From: Welwitschia mirabilis
Taxonomy: Eukaryota
DNA length: 34,758 nt
Assembly: GCA_051453625.1 (NCBI GenBank)
Contig: JBOZIK010000001.1
Coordinates: 5,751,206 to 5,785,963 of the forward strand
Reading direction: 5' to 3'
Position 1 is the first letter of the stretch. Each line of letters opens with the position of its first letter. Positions 1 to 13,599 of the stretch are shown here, in pieces. Under the pieces are notes generated by a model. That model was given only the letters and a program-made list of their open reading frames with translations, made no database searches and was not told where the DNA came from. The position numbers and the translations under genes were made by a program.

Positions 1-347
1 AGATTTGAGGGATCTCTTTACATGATTAGTTAATGGATTTACCAATTTTTATAAATATATTTTTCTCCCTCCCCTTAGCATAGACTAAGATAAGGAAAAG
101 AGTTTAGGGACCTCTTAACATGCTTAGCTTCTATGTGTTTAATGGATGTTTTGGCCAAGTGACTAGGGAGTTTAATATAATTTTTGGTATTCATGTTGTG
201 TTACATTGTTTTTTTAAAATTTATTTTACATTATATTTGCATTAGAGTTTTATTAAGGTGAATGAGTCTGATCCTCAATAATCTATTTAAGATAAGCACT
301 ACTTCCCAGAAAAATCCTAAGGCTCATGGTATTAATGTATTATTTAT

Positions 348-602
348 NNNNNNNNNNNNNNNNNNNNNNNNNNNNNNNNNNNNNNNNNNNNNNNNNNNNN
401 NNNNNNNNNNNNNNNNNNNNNNNNNNNNNNNNNNNNNNNNNNNNNNNNNNNNNNNNNNNNNNNNNNNNNNNNNNNNNNNNNNNNNNNNNNNNNNNNNNNN
501 NNNNNNNNNNNNNNNNNNNNNNNNNNNNNNNNNNNNNNNNNNNNNNNNNNNNNNNNNNNNNNNNNNNNNNNNNNNNNNNNNNNNNNNNNNNNNNNNNNNN
601 NN
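348..602. other. Assembly gap (255 N)
   Basis: Run of N. Confidence 1.
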
Positions 603-1511
603 AGGGATAAAATAATTTTTAAAATTTATTTTATAAAACTATCTCAGAATTTATAAGCAAAAAATAACAAAAAAAGGTTTCCATTTTCATAATTTACAAA
701 TATTTTTGGCTAAACATTGAGTAGTTCACATTATAGATAATTTAATAATCTTTCCAAAAAGTATTTACTCATTGAAAAATTCCAATCATTAAACGTTATA
801 GCCATTTTAGTGAAGGGTATTAGTTTAGTAATTCTTCAAATTAGGTAGTTTTTACGGTTAAATGTTTGAGCCTGTAAAATACATCTAGACTAACTTAAAT
901 TTATTAAAATTAGTTTTTAGGAATAATTTAAGGATCCTAATTTAATAAAATCAAGCATATTTTATTTCTACATTTTTAAATAATTAATTATAAATTTTTA
1001 TTTTTAATGTCTTCTAAAAGGTAAGAAAATATATAAATAATTTTAATATTATAGAAATTATCTAGTGGAAGTACCAAATTATCATAAATATTATTTATGA
1101 TTTCTATTTAAGTTATGTTTATTTTTATACTCTTTTTATATACTTTTTATTGAAATTTAGACTCTTACTCTTTCCTTTCATGCATAAACATTAGGGATGT
1201 CTACTTAATAATTCTAGGGATGTGTTATCTACTTAATTAGCTCCATTAATTTTTTTCTAATAAGACATGCATATATTATTTTACCTACCTCTATTTTTGT
1301 ATAGGCACTTAGCAATGATAAAGATGATTTTTAGTTGGCTTAGTTTTCATAAATGAAGCATGTTTTTATGATATAACTTCAATCTATAAATATGTCTTAT
1401 TTGAAAGAATTATTATAATGTAGTTTTTTTTCATTTATTTTCATTTCTACACTTTAAAAACTGTATGATTTTATTTTATAACAAACCAAAATAGATTCTT
1501 GTACATTATAT
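603..1511. mobile_element. Probable decayed gypsy (Tekay-like) LTR fragment
   Basis: Non-coding AT-rich tract. The motif AATCTTTCCAAAAAGTAT...GTTATAGCCATTTTAGTGAAGG (~746-816) resembles a motif I recall from plant gypsy LTRs. No termini seen. Confidence 0.25.
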
Positions 1512-1820
1512 NNNNNNNNNNNNNNNNNNNNNNNNNNNNNNNNNNNNNNNNNNNNNNNNNNNNNNNNNNNNNNNNNNNNNNNNNNNNNNNNNNNNNNNNN
1601 NNNNNNNNNNNNNNNNNNNNNNNNNNNNNNNNNNNNNNNNNNNNNNNNNNNNNNNNNNNNNNNNNNNNNNNNNNNNNNNNNNNNNNNNNNNNNNNNNNNN
1701 NNNNNNNNNNNNNNNNNNNNNNNNNNNNNNNNNNNNNNNNNNNNNNNNNNNNNNNNNNNNNNNNNNNNNNNNNNNNNNNNNNNNNNNNNNNNNNNNNNNN
1801 NNNNNNNNNNNNNNNNNNNN
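1512..1820. other. Assembly gap (309 N)
   Basis: Run of N. Confidence 1.
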
Positions 1821-2285
1821 TTAAGGAAGTGGGGGTTACTTATAAGTATGCATCCATCTCAGATATGGCCTGTCACCTGTATTTGGTTTATATCGAGGTC
1901 AAGGTAAAGTCTAAGCCTATCGAGTGGAGCCCAACCATGTTTATATAGTTTAGAATCTGAAGTAGAACCAACTCATGTCTAGAGGATGGCTATATATAGA
2001 TTTCAAATGCCATTAATAGAAGATGAAACTCCTATTATATTGGTTAGGCACTATCCTAAAACTTATCCACTATATGTGATAAAATAAGTTAATATCCCTT
2101 CAACTTTATACAAGATATTTTTGTGTGATAAAAAAAAAAGTTAGAAATAAATATAGGATACAATTTTGACATTTTTATTGTATGCAAAAAAAAAGGGTCT
2201 ATAGTTAAATACTAATTATGTTTTCTAATTATTTTAAATCTCATAATGTGTTAATACAATCTAAATAGGATTTGATTCTAGGTTC

Positions 2286-2295
2286 NNNNNNNNNN
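2286..2295. other. Assembly gap (10 N)
   Basis: Run of N. Confidence 1.
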
Positions 2296-3211
2296 AAAAA
2301 AAAAAAATTATGGTTAATTAGGGTAATTAAAGTTAGGTTCTTTCTTTAGCCTTAATAAAGGCTACCCTTAAGACCTATATCATGCCCTTAAGACCTGTAT
2401 TATTAATGAAACTATCACCAGATCAAGGACAACATAAAACATAAGGGAAATATAATAGAACTAAATACACAATTGAAATAGAGTCTTATATTAAAGTAGA
2501 ACTAGCATCTAGGTTATAAAATAACTGAGCCTCAATGGAGGATGTAGAACCATTTACTAAGAAAACATTTTTGTGTAACTCACAAGATGGATCCCTAGCC
2601 CTTCGATCTCCTATTATGAGAATGTCTAATGCCAATGAAAATGGAGAGGAGAGTTGAAGGGGGTTCTTATTTATAGGAATAAGAAATAAAACCATCACAC
2701 AAAAGGTAGTTCAAAATCCACTCAATTACAAAAAAGAAATAAATGAAATGAAAAAATATTAGTTGGTAGTTACAGTTATCATCTTGCCTATCATGGAAAT
2801 GACAATGAGGATGATGAATCAAATGTTACATTTTGCATCCTACATGTTATGGAAACAACCATGGGGATGACACTTTTTTAGCAAAGATGACTTAGCAGTA
2901 TTGGCTTCAATCCATGTCAACACTTCCATGTGGCATCTATAATGTTGTCATCTTACTTATCATGGAGATGATAGCCTTCTTTATTCTTCCAACTTAAGAG
3001 AAGCTAGTCTTTTTCATTAGTGATATTCTTTCAAGACACAATGTATTAAAATATGTTTTAAATGCCTTTAATCATGCCAAGAATTATACATTTTTATGAT
3101 CATTCATTAATTCTCTATAATCCTCAAAATTGCATCTAAATATGTATAAATTTCCTGTAAAATAGTTCATCATACTCCATCAAATACATACAATTTGGTA
3201 GTGTATTATTA
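2296..3211 (-). mobile_element. Athila-like Ty3/gypsy LTR (solo or truncated)
   Basis: Reverse complement aligns with the LTR at 33185-34258: shared GCAATTTTGAGGATTATRGAGA, and start TAATAATACACTACCAA vs TGATATTGTGCTATCAA. It also shares CTTAATAAAGGYTRCCCTTA with 32289-33184. Minus-strand TATA (CCTATAAATA) at ~2668-2677. Confidence 0.65.
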
Positions 3212-3924
3212 TTCTAATGATCAATTATAGCTAAGGAGTTCTTTATATTTACCTCTCTTCTTTTGATGTAATGTATATTTTCTTACTTCTAATACAATAA
3301 TTGGTTTTTCATTCTTTCATTATTAATACACAATTCATTTAGTATTACCAAACTTTAAGTAAGACTAGTTCTTCAATAAATTTCATTCTTTTATTGTTAA
3401 TGCACATTAGTTTGGTATTATCAATTTTTAGGTAGATCTACCTTATCATTAAATTTTTTTTATTATTGATTAAGTTGTTTGAGGTTATTTTTAAGATATC
3501 ATAGTCACTATGATTTGATGGATTTGGTGTACATTCATTCATACTTTCCATACTTATAAAAGATTATGAAGTATTAAAGGGATTAAATAACTCATTAACA
3601 CTTATGTGATGGATGATATTATGCCTTCAAACTAATCCTTAGTGACTTAATAAATTTATTTAATTCTAGGACTATAAGAGGTATTGAAATAAAGGGGGAA
3701 CATTAGCTGAATTAGTTAGATCCTTAGAGCACTTTCATTTCCTTATGACATTAACTAAAAACCACTTTAATTCTTAACTTTCTAATTTTACTTTATTTTG
3801 AGTTACATTTCAAGTTAAATAATCATGTTTCTTTTATTTAATTACCACATATTTATTCCCATGGAAGAATGATATTAGGTTCTCATATAGTTTTAAATCT
3901 ATTCACTATTATATATGAACACTC

Positions 3925-5800
3925 AATGTGTACCTCCTCCTGAAGTATGCTATTCAAAATGTAATATTCATAACCATTTAATAGAATTTGAATTCTTTAA
4001 CATATGTAAAATCTAAAAGCATTCTTATAGACTTCATATGTATCACTATCATAAATGTTTCTTTAAAATTTATTTCTTCTTTGTTAATTATGCCCTTTGA
4101 CTACTAGCCTTACTTTGTTTTTTATCATATTATCAGTTTTACTTATTGTATTTTTAAAGACTCATTTGTGCCAATGATAGGTTTGTTGAATGGCCTTAGA
4201 GTAAGTTCCTAAACATTACACCTTTTAAACTGATTTAGTTCTTCTTATATTGTTAGCATCAAATGCCTATCACTTTTTGGTTCATTAAGAGTTTTGAGTT
4301 CTACTTCTGAAATGTATGCTACAAATCCATAAAACTATTTAGTATGTCTTTGAGTTTTAATACTACCTTATGGGCTCCTAATGATGTTGCTTATAAAATA
4401 ACTCCTTTTTAATCTCATCATGTTTGAAGAGGTTTATTTCTTAGTTTATTATTCCTTCTTCTCCTCACTTCTTAGAGGGTTAGTTAAGCTATATGGGTAC
4501 CTAGTCATCTTGCACATAAATATAAGTTGAGTTAGTATCATCTAATTTGACATTGATAGTTTCCTTTACTACACAAGTTCTATTGTTAAATACTTGGTAG
4601 GCTTTAGTAACCATGGAATAACCTAAAAACATTCCTTTATCAAATTTGAAATTAAATTTCCTTAGATTATCCTTTTTGTTTAAAATAAAACATTTTAAAT
4701 CAAATACATGAAAATAACTTACTAAGGATTTCTTACCAGACCATGATTCATAAGAAGTTTTGGAAGTAAAGCATCTTATTATAACTTGGTAGGAAATGTA
4801 GCATGCAATGTTAATAACTTTCATCTAAAAATAATATAGAATCTATTGGTCATTCATCATTTATTTTTCCATTTCATTTAGAATCCTATTATTTCTTTTA
4901 GAAATTTCATTTTATTGTCAAATTCTTAGTATAAAGAATTAATAAAGGATATCAAACTATTCACAAAAGTCTCTAATCCTTTAATTCTTAAATTCAGTGT
5001 TATTATTACTTCTTATTATCTTAATCTTGTATCTCTTTTGATCTTGTAACCTCATACACAAGTTATAAAAGATGTCAAAGGTCTCATCCTTATGGGTAAG
5101 GAAGGCTACCCATGTGAAGTAAGAATAATCATTAATAACAGTTAGGTAGTATCTTTTTTTTACCTAGACCTTCAATAGAAAAAGAACTCATAATATTAAG
5201 ATGTAAAGGATCTAAAGGGTATTTCATAGGAATAGAGTTTTTATTACCAAACATTACCCTTATTTTCTTTCATTTCTAAAAATCCTTACATGTCTGATCA
5301 TCAGAACTTTATAGCTTAGGAAGTTCTCGTATCATATCTTTTGAAGATAAAGTCTTTATTAAGTCTTTGTTCATGTGACTAAGCTTTGTGTCATAGATTT
5401 TATTTACCTATAGTTCTTAATAAACACTTATTTTTCTTATTAATGACATCTTATAATGTAGTGATATAAACATTAGATTTCCTAATTCTAGTAAATAACA
5501 CCTCTTTTGAGTTATGCTATTTGATGACATAATCATCTTTAGTGAAAGTTATAGAAAATTTTACATCACATAAGATTATGTTGCAATCCTTTAACATAAA
5601 AAAAATATCTTTTAGCTTAGGAATATTATCTCCTCTAATGATTCTAATACCACTAATAAAAGCCTCTATGTTATTACCAAAATTGACTGCTCTTTTGTCT
5701 TGCTTTACCAAGGTGATAAATCTAGATTTACTTTTAGTCATATGTCCTAAACATCCATTGTCAATGTACTACACATGTTTCTTCATAGCTTGTAGTGCAA
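3925..5800 (-). pseudogene. pol: Copia pol relic (protease, integrase, N-terminal RT) of element A
   Basis: ORFs 5517-5741 (protease C-terminal part) and 4501-4824 (KGMFLGYSMVTKAYQVFNNRTCVVKETINVKLDD, integrase C-terminal part), plus RT motifs down to ~3925. Confidence 0.88.
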
Positions 5801-5899
5801 TATAAGCTAAGAGAGATGGTCTTAATTTTTGAAATCCATATCTTCTTAAGTTTATCCTAAATAAGATATTTTACCATACTTCTTGGCATTTTGACATTG

Positions 5900-7781
5900 C
5901 TAGCATAATATCTAATGTTGAATTTGAAAGGACAATTACATTGATAATGATCACATTTATAGTAATAGTAACGTGTAATATTATTACTATAAGCTATATG
6001 TTCTTACCTTATCTTATAGTTCTATTTATTAAATAAAGATGCTGAAGTACTAGTGGAGGCTTTATTGTCACCTAAACTATTTTTATTGTTTAGACTTTTC
6101 CATTATCCAAGCATGATGTTTAAAGTCTCTTTTCTTTAAGTAAACTTCTCATTGATTCTTTTAGTATTAGTAAGTTTTTATTTAACATTCTTTAATTTAC
6201 ATGTTAACTGACCAATCTTAGCTCTAAGAACTAAGTTTTTAGATGATAATTTATTATCAGAACCTTTTTTATGTTCATATGCTAATTTATAAGAATGAAT
6301 CAATTTTTTTATTTTAGAACATACCTTTTTTTTAACTTGATAAACTTTTTAAAAATTAATTCATACTTATATCAAAGTTTATACCTCTTTCTTCTTCACT
6401 TTTTAATTCAAATTATCCTTTTCCTTCCTCATTTTCACTTTGGATATGCATAATGACCATGTAAGATGGATGATTTATTTCATTATTAGAGGTATATACT
6501 TCATTTGTATCCTCATCATTATGATAACATGTAATAAGATTATCTTATTCTTGGGTTCTTTCTTTTGTGTTTTTTCTATAATCTTTTAGAGTTAAGACAT
6601 TTTAAGGCTATGTGTTCATATCCTTCACAAATCCAATATTCTAGTTTTGAGATATTAGTTTTAGAAGAAAGTGAAGAGCTATTAGAAAATTTTACTTTGA
6701 ACATATCTTTGTATTGAAATATAAACGGTTTTTTGTAGTCATTCTTTTTGTTGTTCTTTTATAAAAGAATCCTTTTGACTTTTCGTGTGATGAGAGTTAG
6801 TTTTTTTTCCATATCTTTTTGAGAGTCATCTCCGTTTGACACTTCTTTTGTTTTATCTTTAAAAAAATACCTTAGATTCTTACTAGCTTTAAGAGAAATA
6901 GGATTCTCCTTTAGAGTACCATCTTAGCTAAGATTCATCTTGTAAGCCATTAGTGAACTTTATAAGTCCTCAATCTTCATTCTATTGAAATCTCTTGATT
7001 ATTCCATGGCTAATGTTTTCCACATCTTTTTGAAAGTCATCTCCATTTGACACTTCTTTTGTTTTATCTTTTAAAAATTACCTTAAATTCTTACTAGCTT
7101 TAAGAGAAACAAGATTCTCCTTTAGAGTACCATCGTAACTAAGATTCATCTTGCAAGCCATTAGTGAACTTTATAAGTCCTCAATCTTCATTTTATTTAA
7201 ATCTCTTGATTCTTCCATGGCTAATGTTTTAGGCCTATGTTTTGAAGTTAAGATCTAATAACCTTTGAAATTACATTAGCCTCAGGAAGATTTTCATCAA
7301 TGTCATATATGGCATTTACTATGTTAGAGATTCTTGTGAAGTACTCATGTACTCTCTCTCCATTATTCATTTTTAAATTTTCAAACTAATTGGTCTAGAC
7401 AAGAAAATTTGATTACTTGAGAATGGGCATTCCTTCATATATTCCCATCAAAATGTTCCATATCTCTTGTGCTATTTTTGATCTAGCTGTTTAGTTGAAT
7501 TCCTTCATTATAAGATCTGAATAAAGAGCATTCTTTACCTTTGAGTCATATATGAAGGCTACCTTTTCTTTATCTTTCTAGTTTCTTATAGGGTTGATTT
7601 AAGTGATGGAATTTCATGCAACATGTATAATGGTTTCTGTAGGAACTAAGTATTCATCTTTAATGCTTTACCAAACTTAAAACTCAAACTATAAGTACAC
7701 CTACATCATCATATTTTAATAGGAATAATTTATTCTATCAAATAGTAGAGGTTTAAGGATTAACACCTTTTCATAGTTCAT
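5900..7781 (-). pseudogene. gag: Copia gag relic (element A), extended gag with two CCHC knuckles
   Basis: WICEGYEHIALKC at ~6596-6640 and a degenerate second knuckle at ~5925-5980. Many stops and frameshifts. Confidence 0.8.
6806..7230. repeat. 211-bp tandem duplication inside gag of element A
   Basis: GTCATCTCC at 6825 and 7036. Both copies end CCATGGCTAATGTTTT (7019, 7230). About 14 mismatches counted by eye. Confidence 0.95.
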
Positions 7782-7812
7782 TTAATAATATTTCTCATAT
7801 TTATAATTACCT

Positions 7813-7824
7813 TCTTTGATACTA
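7813..7824 (-). promoter_or_regulatory. Degenerate tRNA-iMet PBS of element A
   Basis: Minus-strand TAGTATCAAAGA vs canonical TGGTATCAGAGC, 2 nt from the LTR end (plus TG at 7827) and just upstream of gag. Confidence 0.75.
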
Positions 7825-7826
7825 GT

Positions 7827-8433
7827 TGAAGATCATTGAACTCAAAGAAAAGGTATAAATGAGTTTTAAAAAATAAAAATCCCAGCTGAAATCAAATAAA
7901 AATGCATGATAGAGATCACACCTTTAGGTATTCTTAACTTAAAAATAGTGGTTTTGGAGCATACCCAACCTTACATATTGCTTCTCATAATACCCTCTTT
8001 TCATCAAGGTTTACAATGAACCAAAATAAGGTTGTACTCTTAAGCGCTCAAGAAAACACACCTATATAAGGATTTTCTTATACTTTGGAATCCCTAAGTA
8101 AGGGATCTTAAAGATGATAATAATTTATGAATTAGAAAGAATAAATTCAATAAGCTGATAGCCCTATAGTAACATGTCAATTAACAATGCTAATAAGAAA
8201 ATAATAATCCTAAAAGATATCAGTTTGATGAAATGCTTAAGTTTTCCTTAATGTAGTTACCCATGAATATTTAATATTAGAGTTATGGAGCTATGAGAAA
8301 TTCAATGATCAAATAATATCTTTAATAAATGATTCTCTTCATCAAGGACATAGAAATACTCATGTGTAATGTCAATCATCTAAACAAGTAACTTTTTTCT
8401 CTTTACACTTTTTATCTTTTATGCTTTAACTAC
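7827..8433 (-). mobile_element. 5' LTR of element A, piece 1 (U5 side)
   Basis: Starts TGAAGAT...AACTCAAAGAAAAGGTATAAATGAGTT, similar to the LTR ends at 8434 and 14449. Adjacent to the PBS. Confidence 0.7.
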
Positions 8434-9840
8434 TAAGGATTAATTAAATTCAAAAGAAGAGGTGAAGGGTTTTACTAAATAAAATTTTAACTAAATAATA
8501 GAATGAAAATTTATAATAGTATACCTTACCAAGATAATGTGGTTCCTTAACCTAGATACATCCACACACAGAGGATAGCTTCTACTCACACCTCTAGATA
8601 TTCTTAATCTACAAAAAAATAGTGGTTTTATGGTATACCACCAATATTACTACAAATGAGATTCTTCTCATAAGGTATCATTCTCTTCCCCTTAAGGAAA
8701 TAATGGTTTTCTAGATCATCCATAACATTTGCCACAAATAAGTACTCATAGGCATAACATCAACACACCTATACAAGGGTTGTCTTACAATGTGTTTGGT
8801 ATTCAAAAATGGACTTTATTTAACATCTAATAATAACATAGTTCATAAAGTAAAACTAAAAGTACAAAACAATAGTAAATCCAATGAGATAGCAATGATG
8901 AAGATTTGAGATCCTTAATGTTATTGTTCTTGTTATAAGTGTAAATGAAGAATATAGTAATGAAAATCTAAGAGTGAACGGTAATAGTAGTACTAGCTTC
9001 TTTGCAATGATACCTTGAATCTTTGTGAGAAGTATCTTTTACTCATCTAAGATTCTTTGAATGTTAATCATTGAGAACCAAGAAATCTTTAAATTTCTAA
9101 TTAATCAATAAAGTGCTAAAAGTTCTTCTTAGATTTGTAACATTAAGGCTTTATAGGATTGAAGAAGATCTAGTAATTTGAGCTTGAAAGATAGCCATTT
9201 AATTTTGTAACCATTGTATGATAGATATCTAACATTTGTGCTTCAAGCACATAAGTTTGATTTTAATCAATGTGAAATTTGCCCTAAAACATATTTAATT
9301 TGTAGATGTCTTCACCAAAGATGTCTTTACTTTTGTAGATTTCTTTAGTTAACTTGCCTTGATTTTGATAAATTTTACTTTGTAGTATCCTTAGACATTC
9401 ATGATCATATATCTATGATGTACAAATTCATAGCTCACCTAAAGCATTAGATATTAGTTAAAAAACAAATTGATTCTATTACTTATTTTCGCTTAATATA
9501 GATATCTTCAAGATGTAGACATCTTCGTATGTATTATATTCAACTTTCAACTTAATCATCTTAAATATGATAGTTGTCTTTTATCTTATGACTTAAATTC
9601 CATCACATTTAAGATTTCTTCAGATTTATAGACATTTTTACTTAAGATGTCTTTAATTTTTTAGATGTTTTCAAATAATTAATTTGTTGGTTTACCATCT
9701 AATCCCTTTCATGAAATGTTTCCTTTAAAGATCTATCATGATCTAGTACCTATCAAGGTCTGATGTTCCTATAATGATCTATCTATATAATGATACAAAA
9801 TATTTGATAAGTGGAATTATCAAAACTAGATTTTCCAATA
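8434..9840 (-). repeat. 3' LTR of element B
   Basis: Collinear with 14449-15824 and bounded by the PPT. Confidence 0.9.
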
Positions 9841-9853
9841 ATATTTCCTTTTT
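9841..9853 (-). promoter_or_regulatory. Polypurine tract of element B (second PPT-like copy at ~10188-10203)
   Basis: Minus-strand CATCATTAAAAAGGAAATAT-TATT resembles the SIRE-type CATCAAAAAGGGGGAGATTGTT. An upstream AAAAAGGATGGAGAA copy fits the multiple-PPT signature known for Sireviruses. Confidence 0.7.
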
Positions 9854-10604
9854 AATGATGTTCAAAACTTGGTAAATATTGTTATTATAAACTCATCTAA
9901 ACAACTAAAATCAAACATTTTATATTTTAAATAATAATACATAATAATTTTAAAATTATGTTTAAGTATCATAACATTTACCACTTGAAAATAAAATCAC
10001 ATAAATATATATTTTTAAAAAAATAGATAAGATCTATGATGAACCATTTGCATAATCAAACAAGGACATAGAGATAAGTAATAATTCATTAAGTAAAATA
10101 TATTGGAGTATGAAATATATCATGAAAATCATAGTATTAAATTATTATAGAAGTGTGCCCAACTAAAAGTGATTGGTCTGTAAAATCTTCTCCATCCTTT
10201 TTGAATAGCATAAAAAAGGAGTATAGATTCAAGAGTCTGATGGTTCCCTTGCATATGTGCCTCCTTGGAAGTCTAGTACTCACCCTAAGTATGTGTCTCT
10301 TAGAGTTAGTAATTGTTGTTCTATAAAACATTTTTTAATAATAGTATAGATAAAGACGTCCACACTTTTTAAGATGTCTTTGTCAGAGACATCTACATAT
10401 ATGAAGACATCTACAATGAAAGTTCTAGAAATTTCAAAACGGTCTATGACTACTACAATTATAATAATACCACTTCGAAAAGATAAATATCAAGCACATA
10501 ATTTTAACTTTAACTACATCAAACTATATCTAATCATAATCTCAACTCATAAGATAAATACAATGTGGAGTTGAGAAATTAAGACATATTACTTGGTTTT
10601 TTAC

Positions 10605-13560
10605 CTAATTAAGTAAGGCTCAATCCCCAATTTTTTTCATAATTTTATATATTTTTTAGTACTTAGAGGTTTTGTAAATGTGTCTACAAGTTAATTATTT
10701 TTACTAATGTATTGCATTATAGTATCTCTATTCTAAACATGTTCTCTAAGAAAGTAATATCAAATCTTAATATGCTTGGTTCTTGAGTGTCATATAGAAT
10801 TTTTGGATATATTGATGGCACTCGTATTATCACAATAAATAGGAATGTTATTAGTGAAAAGATCAAAATCTTTTAATGTTTTCTTCATCCATAGAAGTTG
10901 TACACAATAACTTCCTCTAACAATATACTCAGTCTTGGCTATAGATAAAGCATTTGAGTTCTACTTCTTACTACTTCAAAATATTAGGAATTACCTATGC
11001 AAAAAGTAAGTTCCACTTGTACTTCTTTTGTCATCTTTATATCCTGCCCAATTTGCCTTACAATACCCTACAAAATCAAGTGAGAAGTAATCAAAAATTC
11101 TATTAACAACTATAAGATGTGATTATTTAGATCACTTTGATAGTGTGTATAAATTCTTATGCTTAGCATAATATCAGGTTAGCTACTATAAGATATAATA
11201 GACTACTAATCATACCTCTGTATAGCTTTTGATCCACATTCTTATGGTTTTCATCTTTGTTCAGCTTGGTGTTTTAATTCATGGGAGTCTCCTTTTCTTT
11301 ACAATCATGTAAACCATGTTTGACTAACAAATTTTTAATATATTTAGCTTATAAATGTACCTTGCTTATTTTGCATAACTTGAAGTCTAAAGAAATTGCT
11401 CATTTCTTTCTTAACACTCATCTCAAACTCATCCTACATAATCTTAGCAAATTTATTATGCAAGGCTTTATTAGTGGCACTAAAAATAATATCATCTACA
11501 TAAATTTAAACAATAATAAAATATTTACCATCTTTTCTAATGAGTAATATCACATCTAATATACCTCTTTTGAAGTCGTTTTCAACCAAATGACTTGAGA
11601 GCTTTTCATACCAAGCTTTTAGACCTTGTTTAAGATCATAGAGAGGATTCTTTAATTTGAAAATATGATAATCTTTTTCTGAGATAATGAATCCATTTGG
11701 TTATTTAACATATACTTATTCTTGAATATTTCCATTGAAAAAAGAACTTTTAACATTCATTTGATAAAGTTTGAAATCTTTCATACAAGCAAAAAGCTAA
11801 AACCATTCTTATTAATTCCATATAAGCCATAGGAGAAAAGGTTTTTTTAAAGTTAATTCCTTTCTATTGATTGTAATCTTTTATTACTAGTCTTGCTTTA
11901 TTTCTAGTAACATTTCCATGCTCATCTATTTTATTTTTAAAAATCCACTTCATGTTAATAACTGGTCTATTAGAAGGTCTTGGAGTAAGTTCCCAAACAT
12001 TGCATCTTTCAAATTGATTAAGCTCTCTTACATAGAAACCATCTAATGTTCATCATTTTCTACTTCTTTGAAAGTTCTAGGTTCAAGTTTAGAGATATAA
12101 TTTGCATAACCACAAAATTCTTTAGTATGACTTCCAATTTGAATGCCTTCATAAGGACTTCCTATAATGTTGCCTGTTGAGTGCCTCTTTTTAAACTTAT
12201 CATGCTTGATAGATTTTTCTTTTCTAATTCTTCTTCTTTTTTCCTTTACTATTAACTTGAACTTACAATTGTCTAAAGGGTTGAATAATTTATCCAAGAG
12301 TATAACCATTTTCCACATTCATAGGATTTGATTGAATACCACCTGTTTTAACACTTATCATTTCTTCAACTACATATGTTTTGATATTGTACACCTTATA
12401 CACCAAATTTTCTTCAATTGTTTCTTTTATTTAAAATAAGTCACTTTGAACCAAATATATAAAGGTAATAAACAAAATGTTTATGCTTGATCATAACTCA
12501 TATGAAGTTTTAGAAGTAAATCTTCTTTTCAGAACTCTATTAGAAACATAAAAGGCTATATTAATTGCTTCTACCTAAAACTAATATGATACCTTTTTGG
12601 CATCCATCACTATCCTTGTCATATCATTGAGAACTCTATTCTTTCTTTTAGCTACTCTATTTTGTTGGGGAATTCTTGGAACAGAGAATTAAAATAGAAT
12701 TTTAAATTATTCAAAAAATTCTTTGAATTTTGTATATTTGAAATTGATACCATCATCACTTTTTATCATTTTCATTCTATATTCCTTTTAATTTTGCAAC
12801 TTGATGCACAACTCAGAAAAATCATTAATAGCCTTATCCTTATGTGCAAGGAAGGCTACCCATGTAAAATGAGAAAAATTATCTACAATTGTCAAATAAT
12901 ATATTTTCTTACCTAATTGTTTTATAAATGAAGGACCAACAATGTCTGAATGTAAGAGATATAATGAACATTTAGTATAGATAATACTTTTCTTACCAAA
13001 TTTTACCTTTGTCTACTTCTCTTTTTAATATGCTTTATAGATTTGCTTATTAATGTTTTCAAACTTGGGAATTACTCTTACTAATTCCTTTATAGACAAG
13101 ATTTTGAAAAGATCTTTATTCACATGACTAAGTTTTCTGTATCATAGCTCTACTATATCTATTTTACTAAGAAAACACTTGGTTCTATTATTAGATATAT
13201 CTTACAATGTAGTGATGTAAAAATTTTATTTTCTTACTTTAGCAAATAATACTTTAGTAGTATTTTATTATCTTATGACATAATCATTTTTTATAGACAT
13301 AATAGAAAAAGTTGCATCACAGAGTTAACTTATACTTAAGATATTATGTTGCAAACCTTCTATGAAAAATACATCTTTTACCTCCAATAAATTACCTCCT
13401 CCAATGGTGTCAATGCCTTTGATTGATGCTTTTGTGTTATATTTAAAAGATATAACTCCCTTATCTTATTCCACCAAGGTGTTAAAGTTGGATTTAGCTC
13501 CAGTCATGTGTCTTGATCATCTACTGTCAACATATCATACATGCTTCTTTAATGCTCTGA
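10605..13560 (-). pseudogene. pol: Copia pol relic of element B (PR-INT-RT-RNase H)
   Basis: PR *YVDSR*SRHMTG (~13500-13540). INT ~12350-13150. RT VWELTPRP...KWIFKNK...RNKARLV and an intact YVDD (11491-11502). RH DDKRSTSG...IYCDNTSAINI...RTKHIKI...DTFTKPL (~10650-11075). Confidence 0.93.
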
Positions 13561-13599
13561 GTGTTATTTGAGATATAAGTATTAGTTTTAATTTTAATA

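Larger units (their letters stand above)
3925..7826 (-). mobile_element. Internal region of degenerate Sirevirus/SIRE-like Ty1/copia element A (gag-PR-INT-partial RT), truncated within RT
   Basis: Minus-strand translation shows the copia domain order: gag N-term KPLLFDRINYSY* (~7720-7760), two zinc knuckles (~6596-6640, ~5925-5980), protease *YIDNGCLGHMT (~5740-5775), integrase (ORF 4501-4824), RT start FKRCNV*ELT...RLVVKGHN and ILQEEVHIE (~3925-4230). Confidence 0.9.

Noticed and set aside
262-1948. ORFs 262-615, 326-610 and 1499-1948
   Set aside because: Open only because they span N runs.
3172-3185. Athila PPT next to an LTR start at 3172
   Set aside because: Alignment with the 33185 LTR shows the LTR continues to 3211.
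3600-3720. Plus-strand copia 3' end (AAAGGGGGAA PPT-like; YVMDDI-like peptide)
   Set aside because: Too degenerate; no consistent frame or following LTR.
10137-10574. ORFs in the pol-LTR spacer as an env-like gene
   Set aside because: Short, with no recognisable transmembrane or coiled-coil features, and overlapping PPT and motif repeats.
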